From: Candidatus Saccharimonas aalborgensis
GTDB lineage: Bacteria > Patescibacteriota > Saccharimonadia > Saccharimonadales > Saccharimonadaceae
DNA length: 32,000 nucleotides
NCBI RefSeq assembly: GCF_000392435.1
Contig: NC_021219.1
Span: forward strand, 300,001-332,000
Reading direction: 5' to 3'
Both the position numbers and the translations under genes were made by a program. The notes beneath the pieces are model-generated. The model saw nothing but the letters and a program-made list of their open reading frames with translations, was not told the DNA's origin and searched no databases. Positions 7,333 through 14,857 of the stretch are shown here, one piece after another. The first letter of the stretch is position 1. Each line of letters opens with the position of its first letter.

Positions 7333-9025
7333 CAGATAGTCGTTTACCGACATATACGAGTACCGATAAGCCAAATAACAATATAAGAAGTCTCCAAATT
7401 CCTTCCCGACTCGTTGAGTCCGGCGTGATACCTATACGGCTGTCCCCGCCATCCCGGACACCAGCAACATGAGATATCGGTAGGTTTCTCGATATAACAC
7501 CGCTAGCAGTTGTACTACTGTCTTGATCGCTCTCGATAGCCCATTCAGTCCCATGATATTGCTTCATTGGAACAACATTATTGCTCGGCTCGTCATTCCG
7601 TGGCAAGGTTGCAAAAACCGATAGATCACATGAGTCATCGATACTATTTCGGTTTACATCCCGACCGCTAGGTGTTGCAAACGCGCATGTATCCTGGGCG
7701 TCCAAGATACCATCGTCATCATAATCACCCTCGGGACCTTCGACAAATACCTCATGATACAGATTGTAAACTCTTCCACTGGTAAGCATTCCGTTGAGAT
7801 GAATCGTATGCCAACCAGCAGCTAGTGAGGGAGATAGGTGGTCAATTTCAAGCCGATAATCTCCATTAGGTTGTTTTGTCATCCTGCCTAGCTCGTACGG
7901 CAGGGAGTGGATACTAACTACCGGCGCAGATACCGAGTCGGGGACAAGTTCATTGTATGTTTCAGCGGACAAGACAATGCTTCCTGGCTGATCTTGCTGC
8001 AAGCTGTCGTTTACTGTCTGACCACTGGCCGCCACGTGCGTAACACCCAAGCCCTGTCCTATTCGTCCGTACACAACATCTGGTAGGTCGGCGACGCCCG
8101 TTATATAATCACCTGCTCGTGGCACGCCCATATCTGGCCCACCTGGGCAAATAACTATCGTATTACACGAGGAGCTATAGAGTAGGTCACTGCCAAGTCC
8201 TGCAACCATCTGATCGTACATGAGTTGGTGCCCCTTCGCATTTGGATGGAGGATTTCCTGGAGGCGGTTTGTCAGCGCAGTTGTTGGGCTAACAAAAAAC
8301 GGCGCAAGTTGTTGGCCCATTCGTTCTGACTCGTACTTGCTCAAAAAACTAAAGTCGGCGGTATTGTGTAATGTACCCAATATCTCACCATACTTCTTTA
8401 TATTCTCATCTGCGTGTACTTTATCCTTCATATATTCGGTCATGATTCCTTTGATGATGATTGCATTCACTCCATTGACCGCAGTCCCATCTCCACATAA
8501 CCTGCTTGCCCCTATCGCATTAGATACATCAATATAGGTGATGTTTGCATCATGCGCAGCACTCTTGATCACGGCATTCAAATACATGACGAACTGATTT
8601 ATTGCGACTCGGTCATCACGCGTCATCGATCCAACAATGAGTTCACTCCCACAACTATCGGCTTGATCATCTATAAAGGTCGGATAGCCGATAGCGTATA
8701 TCTTTGTACTTGGTGAAGCAGTTTGCAATTGACGATACATCGCCTTTAGACGCGGATAGAGGTTGGATATATCTTTTGCCGTTGCAGCTTTTCCCTCGAC
8801 TGTTGCTAGATGGCAATCCGCCGTAGCAGTCACGGCTGATAACTGGATACTCTCTAGAATGCATGTCGTGAGTGCCGGAGCAAAACCCGCATCGTTTCCA
8901 CCGATCGACACCGTTAGTACTGCAGGTTTAACACTATGAACAAAGTTAATCTGCTGAATCCTTCCTGGTGTATATGTGCTGTACGCCGACGCTTGAAGCT
9001 GCGTAGCATTTGCTATTCCCTCCAA
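7319..9025 (-). CDS. C-terminal fragment of a secreted SGNH/GDSL-hydrolase protein (blocks II, III and V, TSP type-3-like Ca-binding repeat, C-terminal TM anchor)
   Basis: VSIGGNDAGF (block II), AIGYPTF (block III), LHPNAKGH (block V), DYDDDGILDAQDTC (thrombospondin type-3-like), C-terminal WRLLILLFGLSVLVYVGKR. The ORF-track TTG start at 9025 is in frame with the upstream ORF. See findings. Confidence 0.7.
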   Translation of the reverse strand: MEGIANATQLQASAYSTYTPGRIQQINFVHSVKPAVLTVSIGGNDAGFAPALTTCILESIQLSAVTATADCHLATVEGKAATAKDISNLYPRLKAMYRQLQTASPSTKIYAIGYPTFIDDQADSCGSELIVGSMTRDDRVAINQFVMYLNAVIKSAAHDANITYIDVSNAIGASRLCGDGTAVNGVNAIIIKGIMTEYMKDKVHADENIKKYGEILGTLHNTADFSFLSKYESERMGQQLAPFFVSPTTALTNRLQEILHPNAKGHQLMYDQMVAGLGSDLLYSSSCNTIVICPGGPDMGVPRAGDYITGVADLPDVVYGRIGQGLGVTHVAASGQTVNDSLQQDQPGSIVLSAETYNELVPDSVSAPVVSIHSLPYELGRMTKQPNGDYRLEIDHLSPSLAAGWHTIHLNGMLTSGRVYNLYHEVFVEGPEGDYDDDGILDAQDTCAFATPSGRDVNRNSIDDSCDLSVFATLPRNDEPSNNVVPMKQYHGTEWAIESDQDSSTTASGVISRNLPISHVAGVRDGGDSRIGITPDSTSREGIWRLLILLFGLSVLVYVGKRLSATDK

Positions 9026-9043
9026 CCTAGGTTTTGGCTTTAA

Positions 9044-10300
9044 TTACCATGCAGCGGCATTGGTGGATTGGCCCATATATTCTAGTAAGACGTCGTTTGA
9101 TGGATCTTCGGACCAAACATCACGTATGACCGCCCCGGAACATGCAACTGACTGGCTATCTTGGGTATACACGAGTGACATTCCCGCAGCGAGCAGCATA
9201 GGATACGAATTTTTGCTGATATGACAGTTTTCTCTGGGGATATTTGCAGAATAATCACCAAATATATTTGTACCTTCGATGTAATTCCCATCATTGAGAT
9301 CGCCCTCACCGCTTGAGAAAGAATCACCTAATGCAAGGTACTGTAGGACAGGCTGCGGTTGATAGAAAATCTGGTGCCAGACATGGTTGTCATAGTATAT
9401 TAAAGCTGCTTTGTCCTGGGATAATAAGGGATGATCGTAAATCCTAATACCGCCAGACTGTGGTGAAGCCGGTTCAGAGAAACCATATACGTAGTCTCTT
9501 AGATCTCTATAGGGACACGGGGTTACCATTATACCAGGCGAATTTTCTGAAAAATTATAATCTTCTGCCGCCGCTACACATCCCGCATTAGCTTCAAGAA
9601 CCCAAACAGCCTCAGTCCTACCAACAGCCCCCATCGTATATCCGTCGTTTGAGATAAAACCGTGCATATTTGGGCTTGGATCAGTATGACCAACTGTAAA
9701 ATCCTTGTGCGCCAGGACAATGCTCGTATTTGTTTCAAGATCATAGCGAACTAATCTATCAGAGTCAAACAGTATCAACCAGCGACCATTGGGGGACACG
9801 CCATACCCATATGTCCCGATGATACTTCCATCCTTTTGCTTTAGAGTATCAACTATTCCCAATACCCTATAGGTACGCGTGCTACTTTCATACTCGAGTT
9901 GTGACGGGAAATCCATAAAACGATATATGTTATAGCCATAGAATGAGGGTGTCGTAATCGGTACTAATAAATCTTTTGATCTAGACTGGTGAATAATTGC
10001 GCTTGGCTTAAAGTTACTCACAGGAGTCAATATACCTTTTGATATATTATCGCCAATAGCGACGGCTATTCCCGACTCACCATATATTATTGGATAGGTA
10101 CCGTAGGATCTCTCGAAATGAACGTATACATAGCCATTTCCATGATAGACACACATCTCGTGTGGATCACTCTCGGTAGGGTCTGGATACTGTTGATGTG
10201 GATCTGTTTCAATAGACCATATTGACTTGATGCACGGCTCTGGCTGCTGCTCGGTCATATACTCGTGAGAAATTTGTGGCGACGTGACCCAGTTTGTCAT
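9044..10300 (-). CDS. N-terminal fragment of the same protein: beta-propeller-like region plus SGNH block I
   Basis: PD40/TolB-like segment SPNGRWLILFDSDRLVRYDLETN. The catalytic-Ser block LALGDSFSSGEG lies near the C-terminus. Ends at TAA 9044-9046, in frame with the 7319..9025 ORF. Confidence 0.7.
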   Translation of the reverse strand: MTNWVTSPQISHEYMTEQQPEPCIKSIWSIETDPHQQYPDPTESDPHEMCVYHGNGYVYVHFERSYGTYPIIYGESGIAVAIGDNISKGILTPVSNFKPSAIIHQSRSKDLLVPITTPSFYGYNIYRFMDFPSQLEYESSTRTYRVLGIVDTLKQKDGSIIGTYGYGVSPNGRWLILFDSDRLVRYDLETNTSIVLAHKDFTVGHTDPSPNMHGFISNDGYTMGAVGRTEAVWVLEANAGCVAAAEDYNFSENSPGIMVTPCPYRDLRDYVYGFSEPASPQSGGIRIYDHPLLSQDKAALIYYDNHVWHQIFYQPQPVLQYLALGDSFSSGEGDLNDGNYIEGTNIFGDYSANIPRENCHISKNSYPMLLAAGMSLVYTQDSQSVACSGAVIRDVWSEDPSNDVLLEYMGQSTNAAAW

Positions 10301-10463
10301 AACCCTGTTAGCACTTGCGGGAACTTACGAAACAAACAACGCGGCCACACTGACAGCAACCAGCAATAGACCAGAGCCCCGTCTTATTTGACTAGGTTTA
10401 GTAAAAACTCTCTTCATAACTACTGTTATTGTACGAAAAGAGCCCCCCAATACAAAGCGTAAT

Positions 10464-11726
10464 CTAGTTGAACTGGACGAGGAACGCTTTTACTTCCTCA
10501 CGCATATGCGCAAGTGCCGTTTCGTCGTCTCGACTTTCGACCGCTTGCTTCATCCACTCTGCGATCTGTGACATGTGGTTTTCCTTCAACCCTCTTGTTG
10601 TCATTGCGGGTGTACCAAGTCTGATACCGCTAGGACGAAATGGCGGCAGCGGGTCATCTGGTACGGCATTTTTATTGAGTGTTAGTCCGATCTTGTCGAG
10701 AGCTTCCTCGACAACGCCTCCATCGACACCAAAACTTTTATATACATCAGCCAAAATTAGGTGGTTACTCGTGCCGCCCGTGACCAATTTGAAGCCGCGC
10801 GCTTGAAGTTCACTTGCCAATACTACCGCGTTCTTAACGATTTGGGCCGCGTAGTCACGAAACTCTGGTCGAAGAGCCTCACCAAACGCGACTGCCTTGG
10901 CCGCAATTACGTGCATGAGAGGGCCGCCCTGAGTACCTGGAAACACCGCCCGATCAATCAATGTCGGAATATTTTCGATCGTTTTTTCGGGTGCACGCAG
11001 AGGATTGCCTACCACACCACGGCTCAAAATCATCCCGCCGCGCGGACCACGTAGTGTTTTGTGAGTAGTCGTTGTAATTACGTGAAAGCCATAGTCAAAT
11101 GGGTTTTTTGCGACTCCTCCGACAATTAAGCCAGCAATGTGCGACATGTCCGCCACCATCAAGGCACCAACTTCAGCCCCAATCTCTGCAAACTTTGCAT
11201 AATCTAGTTCTCTTGGATATGCGCTAAAACCCGCCATAATCAGTTTTGGCTTATGCTCACGCGCAAGACGGCGCAACTCATCATAATCAATTTCGCCAGT
11301 TTCTACATTTTTCATCTTATAGCGGACAAAATTGTACTGCTTGGCACTCCGAGTGACAGGAGCTCCGTGGGTCAGGTGTCCCCCATGGCTCAAATCCATA
11401 GCCAGAACGGTATCACCGGGCTCTAGCCACGCGAAATACACGGCTTCGTTTGCCTGCGCGCCGCTATGCGGTTGAACATTTGCGTGGTCAGCACCAAACA
11501 ATTTTTTTGCCCTCTCGATAGCAAGCAATTCAACTTTGTCGGTATACTCCTGGCCACCATAGTAGCGCTTACCCGGATACCCTTCCGAGTATTTATTTGT
11601 GAACACGCTCCCCATTGCATGTAGGACGTCTTGGCTGACGTAATTTTCACTAGGTATAAGTTCGAGTCCGTCCTTTTGACGCTGTTCCTCTGCGGCAATA
11701 AGTGCGGCAACAATATCATCTTGCAT
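10464..11726 (-). CDS. glyA: Serine hydroxymethyltransferase
   Basis: 420 aa with [20 protein letters not shown] and [14 protein letters not shown] (PLP-lysine region). SD agggag upstream. Confidence 0.97.
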   Translation of the reverse strand: MQDDIVAALIAAEEQRQKDGLELIPSENYVSQDVLHAMGSVFTNKYSEGYPGKRYYGGQEYTDKVELLAIERAKKLFGADHANVQPHSGAQANEAVYFAWLEPGDTVLAMDLSHGGHLTHGAPVTRSAKQYNFVRYKMKNVETGEIDYDELRRLAREHKPKLIMAGFSAYPRELDYAKFAEIGAEVGALMVADMSHIAGLIVGGVAKNPFDYGFHVITTTTHKTLRGPRGGMILSRGVVGNPLRAPEKTIENIPTLIDRAVFPGTQGGPLMHVIAAKAVAFGEALRPEFRDYAAQIVKNAVVLASELQARGFKLVTGGTSNHLILADVYKSFGVDGGVVEEALDKIGLTLNKNAVPDDPLPPFRPSGIRLGTPAMTTRGLKENHMSQIAEWMKQAVESRDDETALAHMREEVKAFLVQFN

Positions 11727-11804
11727 TGGTTTATCTCCCTTTAGATTGATGTTATTTGAAGAGATTTGTTGCTATATCATGCCTATATTGTATCACTATT
11801 GTAT

Positions 11805-11824
11805 ATATATCATGTGTGATATAT
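11805..11824. promoter_or_regulatory. Perfect 8-4-8 palindrome (candidate operator) overlapping the -10 region of the HTH-MurA gene
   Basis: atatatca-tgtg-tgatatat at 11805-11824. The half-site tatatcatg also occurs as a direct repeat at 11773-11781 and 11806-11814. Confidence 0.4.
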
Positions 11825-11833
11825 GCTGATGAC

Positions 11834-13357
11834 ATGGGTACCGCAAAATATCTCCGGAATATCGGTAAGCTTATCCAGGAAACTCGCCAAGCGAGAGGTT
11901 TGACACAAGCAGAATTGGCTACTGAGCTAGGGACCAGTCAAAGTGCCATCAACCGGATAGAAAAAGGTGGGCAAAATATCAGTCTTGAGATGATTGCACG
12001 GATTGGCGAAGTACTTTCAAGCGAAATTGTGCGCATCAATAATTCAGGGAAAACGAATTTTTATATTACGGGTGGCCACACACTAAAGGGTACGATAGAG
12101 GTAAAAACCAGCAAGAATGCTGCAGTGGCCCTCCTCTGTGCTACACTTCTCAATAAAGGTAAGACCACCCTACGTCGAGTTGCGCGCATCGAAGAAGTCA
12201 ACCGTATCATTGAAGTCTTAGAGAGTATTGGAGTAAAGTGTCGTTGGCTCGAGAATAACGATCTTGAAGTTACACCGCCAAAACGACTCAAGCTCGAAAA
12301 CATGGATGTAGAAGCGGCCAAAAGAACGCGTACTGTTATCATGTTTCTCGGCCCACTCCTTCATCAGTATTCGCACTTTAGTCTACCATTTGCTGGCGGG
12401 TGCAGCATTGGGACCAGGACTGTCGAGCCACACATGACCGGACTGGCACCATTCGGCCTCCATGTCGTCGCCACTTCTGATGCGTATCTCGCCACGACAC
12501 ATAAAAGGGAGGTGGGAAAAACGATCGTTCTCACCGAGCGTGGTGACACCGTAACGGAAAATGTCATTATGGCCGCAGCCCTCTACGATGGCGAGGTGAC
12601 TATCCGGAATGCGAGTCCTAACTATATGGTGCAAGATGTATGCTTTTTCCTTCAGAAACTTGGTGTCAAAATCGATGGGATCGGTACTACTGTCTTAAAG
12701 ATTCGTGGCCTAAAATCTATTAATAAAGCAGTTGAATACTACCCTTCCGAGGATCCGATCGAAGCGATGAGCTTCGTCGCTGCAGGTGTCGTCACAAACT
12801 CAGAAATAACTATCAAACGCGTCCCGATTGAGTTTATGGAACTTGAATTAGCAATGTTAGAGGGAATGGGGTTAAACTTCTCTACTACCGAAGAGTATCC
12901 CGCTCGAAATGGACACACACGACTTGTCGACGTATCACTCAAAAAATCAGTCTTACATGCTCCAAAAGATAAAATGCACTGCATGCCATTCCCGGGTATA
13001 AACATCGACAATCTTCCATTTCTTGGCTTATGCGCAACTGTGGCAGAGGGCCGAACACTTGTCCATGACTGGACATATGAAAACCGCGCTATTTACTTCA
13101 CCGAGCTCAGTAAACTCAACGCAGTGATCGAGATGGTTGACCCCCACCGTGTCTACATCACTGGTCCCACCAAATGGAAACCTGCTGATATCACCGCTCC
13201 GGCTGCACTTCGTCCGAGCGTTGTCATATTACTCGCCATGCTTGCCGCCCCTGGAAAATCTGTGCTACGTGATGTATATAGCATAAACCGCGGCTATGAA
13301 GATATTGCAAACCGTCTGAATAAAATTGGTGCTGAAATCGAAACAATTTGGGAATAG
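11834..13357 (+). CDS. murA: XRE-family HTH domain fused to a divergent UDP-N-acetylglucosamine 1-carboxyvinyltransferase (MurA/EPSP-synthase fold)
   Basis: The N-terminal ~65 aa are a typical HTH_3 domain (RQARGLTQAELATELGTSQSAINRIEKGGQNISLEMIARI). The rest aligns by eye to MurA: TSKNAAVAL (Lys22 equivalent), FAGGCSIGTRTVEPH (Cys115 equivalent), LRPS near the C-terminus, RGYEDI. ATG at 11834 is preferred over the TTG at 11756. Confidence 0.85.
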   Translation: MGTAKYLRNIGKLIQETRQARGLTQAELATELGTSQSAINRIEKGGQNISLEMIARIGEVLSSEIVRINNSGKTNFYITGGHTLKGTIEVKTSKNAAVALLCATLLNKGKTTLRRVARIEEVNRIIEVLESIGVKCRWLENNDLEVTPPKRLKLENMDVEAAKRTRTVIMFLGPLLHQYSHFSLPFAGGCSIGTRTVEPHMTGLAPFGLHVVATSDAYLATTHKREVGKTIVLTERGDTVTENVIMAAALYDGEVTIRNASPNYMVQDVCFFLQKLGVKIDGIGTTVLKIRGLKSINKAVEYYPSEDPIEAMSFVAAGVVTNSEITIKRVPIEFMELELAMLEGMGLNFSTTEEYPARNGHTRLVDVSLKKSVLHAPKDKMHCMPFPGINIDNLPFLGLCATVAEGRTLVHDWTYENRAIYFTELSKLNAVIEMVDPHRVYITGPTKWKPADITAPAALRPSVVILLAMLAAPGKSVLRDVYSINRGYEDIANRLNKIGAEIETIWE

Positions 13358-13363
13358 GCACAT

Positions 13364-13386
13364 AAAAACCGGACGACATGTCCGGT
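13364..13386 (-). terminator. Intrinsic terminator downstream of tRNA-Gly (minus strand); the hairpin also sits just after the murA-like stop
   Basis: 7-bp stem accggac/gtccggt (13368-13386) with a 5-nt loop. On the minus strand it is followed by TTTTT (complement of 13364-13368). Confidence 0.55.
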
Positions 13387-13394
13387 GCTTATCA

Positions 13395-13469
13395 TGGTGC
13401 GAGTGGCGAGAATCGAACTCGCGTCTCGAGCTTGGAAGGCTTGCATACTAGCCACTGTACGACACTCGC
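13395..13469 (-). tRNA. tRNA-Gly (anticodon TCC)
   Basis: Hand fold: acceptor GCGAGTG/CACTCGC, anticodon loop CTTCCAA, 4-nt variable loop, T arm GCGAG-TTCGATT-CTCGC, encoded CCA. One A-C mismatch in the anticodon stem. Confidence 0.85.
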
Positions 13470-13511
13470 AACAGTACTCAGTATACCAGTCGAATGTCGT
13501 ATAATAAAGAC

Positions 13512-13952
13512 ATGGTACGGTTTGCATCATTTCTAGGATCAGACGATAGCTCTCATTTTCATAGCAATACCATGGCAGATACCTCTTCTGCCCAGGAATC
13601 TTTTGGAACTACTCGCAATCTTACTTTCAACGAAAGACAGGTGATCAACAAGAATCGTCAACACATTCGAAGCTATAGAGATGCGGGTATCCTGCATACA
13701 TATCGCTCGGAAGCTCACGACAAAAAGGTTTCTGCCCAGGAGCAATCTGTTGAACAAACGGTGTCGAATGATCAATACAGCGAGCGACCACTCCCAAAAC
13801 AGATGACCCCGCAGAGTAGCCGCATCGATATCGTCAGACCAACTCGCCAAGGATTTAATGCAACAAAACCACCCGCCGCTCCCGCAAAACTCCCCTATCA
13901 ACGTCAGAGTTTCATTGAACCAACGTCTCGAAAATACAATCCCTTTGCCTAG
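13512..13952 (+). CDS. Hypothetical protein, polar and low-complexity (orphan)
   Basis: TATAAT at 13500-13505 lies 6 nt upstream of the in-frame ATG at 13512. This supports the plus-strand ORF over the overlapping minus-strand ORF 13539..13970. No recognisable domain. Confidence 0.4.
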   Translation: MVRFASFLGSDDSSHFHSNTMADTSSAQESFGTTRNLTFNERQVINKNRQHIRSYRDAGILHTYRSEAHDKKVSAQEQSVEQTVSNDQYSERPLPKQMTPQSSRIDIVRPTRQGFNATKPPAAPAKLPYQRQSFIEPTSRKYNPFA

Positions 13953-14014
13953 AAACATAACAGATGACAAAACTGGGTTTCTTTGCTACAATAGCAACCG
14001 CTGCATATAGATAT

Positions 14015-14092
14015 GGCGGATGTAGCTCAGTCGGTTAGAGCGCTGGATTGTGGCTCCGGAGGCCGTGGGTTCGACCCCCATCATTCGCCCCA
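14015..14092 (+). tRNA. tRNA-His (anticodon GTG) with genome-encoded G-1
   Basis: G-1 plus acceptor GCGGATG/CATTCGC, anticodon loop TTGTGGC, T arm GTGGG-TTCGACC-CCCAT, discriminator C, CCA. Confidence 0.9.
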
Positions 14093-14127
14093 AAGAAAGT
14101 ATGTATCTCACGATATGTGCTTTCTTT

Positions 14128-14136
14128 TGTTATAAT
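14128..14136 (+). promoter_or_regulatory. Extended -10 box TGtTATAAT driving the tRNA-Arg cluster
   Basis: tgttataat at 14128-14136, 8 nt before G14145. The same tttgttataat string occurs at 24258-24268. Confidence 0.45.
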
Positions 14137-14144
14137 GACCCTAT

Positions 14145-14242
14145 GCCCCGATAGCTCAGTTGGGGAGCCATCAGCAAAGATAGTGCAACTCTGCTCTATC
14201 CAACTGGTGATGATCAATCTTTGTCAGATTTTGAGCATTTTT
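14145..14242 (+). other. tRNA-derived 98-nt leader or pseudo-tRNA element (not a functional tRNA)
   Basis: It starts with gccccgatagctcagttgg, an acceptor 5' strand plus D arm that is 18/19 identical to the start of the next tRNA. It has no complementary 3' acceptor strand. Positions 14189-14206 (ctctgctctatccaactg) are the perfect reverse complement of 14255-14272 in tRNA-Arg(TCT). It ends in cattttt. Confidence 0.5.
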
Positions 14243-14319
14243 GCCCCGGTAGCTCAGTTGGATAGAGCAGAGGACTTCTAAGCCTAAGGTCGCAGGTTCG
14301 ACCCCTGCCCGGGGTACCA
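14243..14319 (+). tRNA. tRNA-Arg (anticodon TCT)
   Basis: Acceptor GCCCCGG/CCGGGGT (G1-U72 wobble), D arm GCTC-AGTTGGATA-GAGC, anticodon loop CTTCTAA, T arm GCAGG-TTCGACC-CCTGC, CCA. The anticodon stem has only 3 Watson-Crick pairs, flanked by G-A and A-G. Confidence 0.8.
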
Positions 14320-14334
14320 CAAAAAATTGTCTAT

Positions 14335-14411
14335 GCCCCGTTAGCTCAACTGGATAGAGCATTGGTTTCCGGTACCAAAGGTTGCAGGTTCGACTCCCGT
14401 GCGGGGTACCA
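14335..14411 (+). tRNA. tRNA-Arg (anticodon CCG)
   Basis: Acceptor GCCCCGT/GCGGGGT, anticodon arm TTGGT-TTCCGGT-ACCAA (perfect), T arm GCAGG-TTCGACT-CCCGT (one A-C mismatch), CCA. Confidence 0.85.
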
Positions 14412-14506
14412 AAAACTCTTTGGTTATTTTTTGAAATTTCCCCCACCGAGATTTTCTGGATTTGGAAAAGAGTATTTCTTTTCGGGTGAGCTGTTGGTTT
14501 GCGACA

Positions 14507-14857
14507 CTAGCTGAGTTTTTCTCCACTACTGATATGAAAGTGTAAGTGTTTTGAGTCTTGGTATTTACCTAGATTTGTAAGTATTCTTGCTGCGCCTTGC
14601 TCTTGTTCAACTTTTGAGGCGATAGACTTCAGCACAGAAATTAATTCTTGCAGAATCACCTCGTCATGCTCTGAAAGTGTCGTAAATGAATCAATGTGTT
14701 TTTTCGGTACGACCACAATATGAACAGGCCAGAACGGTTTAGTGTGGTAAAAAGCGAGTACATTATCGCTTTCGTATTCTTTTGTTAGCTCAACATTACC
14801 CGCGATAGCGACATCACAGTAAAAATCGTTGCCTGTGTAGTTAGTTGCTGCCTTCAT
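14507..14857 (-). CDS. HIT (histidine triad) family protein
   Basis: 116 aa with the C-terminal HLHFHISSG histidine-triad motif. Overlaps the upstream gene by 17 nt. Confidence 0.9.
   Translation of the reverse strand: MKAATNYTGNDFYCDVAIAGNVELTKEYESDNVLAFYHTKPFWPVHIVVVPKKHIDSFTTLSEHDEVILQELISVLKSIASKVEQEQGAARILTNLGKYQDSKHLHFHISSGEKLS

Noticed and set aside
7319-7480. NLPISH upstream of the C-terminal TM helix of the SGNH protein as a sortase (LPXTG-like) sorting signal
   Set aside because: The motif lacks the T-G and lies about 23 residues before the hydrophobic segment instead of immediately adjacent. A plain C-terminal membrane anchor is the simpler reading.
7319-10417. Stop-codon reassignment (TAA as sense, or a CPR-style UGA recoding) as the explanation for the in-frame stops
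   Set aside because: TAA clearly terminates other well-defined genes here, for example at 6202-6204 and 6745-6747. TGA (5080-5082, 3409-3411) and TAG (4490-4492, 7330-7332) also act as stops at sensible protein ends. All conserved genes translate full-length under the standard bacterial code.
14145-14242. A fourth functional tRNA, possibly intron-containing or a suppressor, between tRNA-His and tRNA-Arg(TCT)
   Set aside because: There is no 3' acceptor strand complementary to GCCCCGA. There is no T arm (no GTTCRA-type loop), and no anticodon arm can be folded. Only the first 19 nt are tRNA-like.
14443-14488. Compound hairpin (ccaccga/ttcgggtg enclosing gaaaaga/tcttttc) between the tRNA cluster and the HIT gene, as a bidirectional terminator
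   Set aside because: There is no T-run after it on either strand and the stems are short and AT-rich. A weaker hairpin plus T-run at 14408-14432 directly after tRNA-Arg(CCG) is a more conventional terminator candidate.
14035-14526. ORF-track ORFs 14035..14217(-), 14048..14281(+), 14171..14446(-) and 14341..14526(-)
   Set aside because: They are translations through tRNA genes and their spacers (peptides such as SWIEQS and GVEPAT are typical of translated tRNA sequence), with no start-site support.
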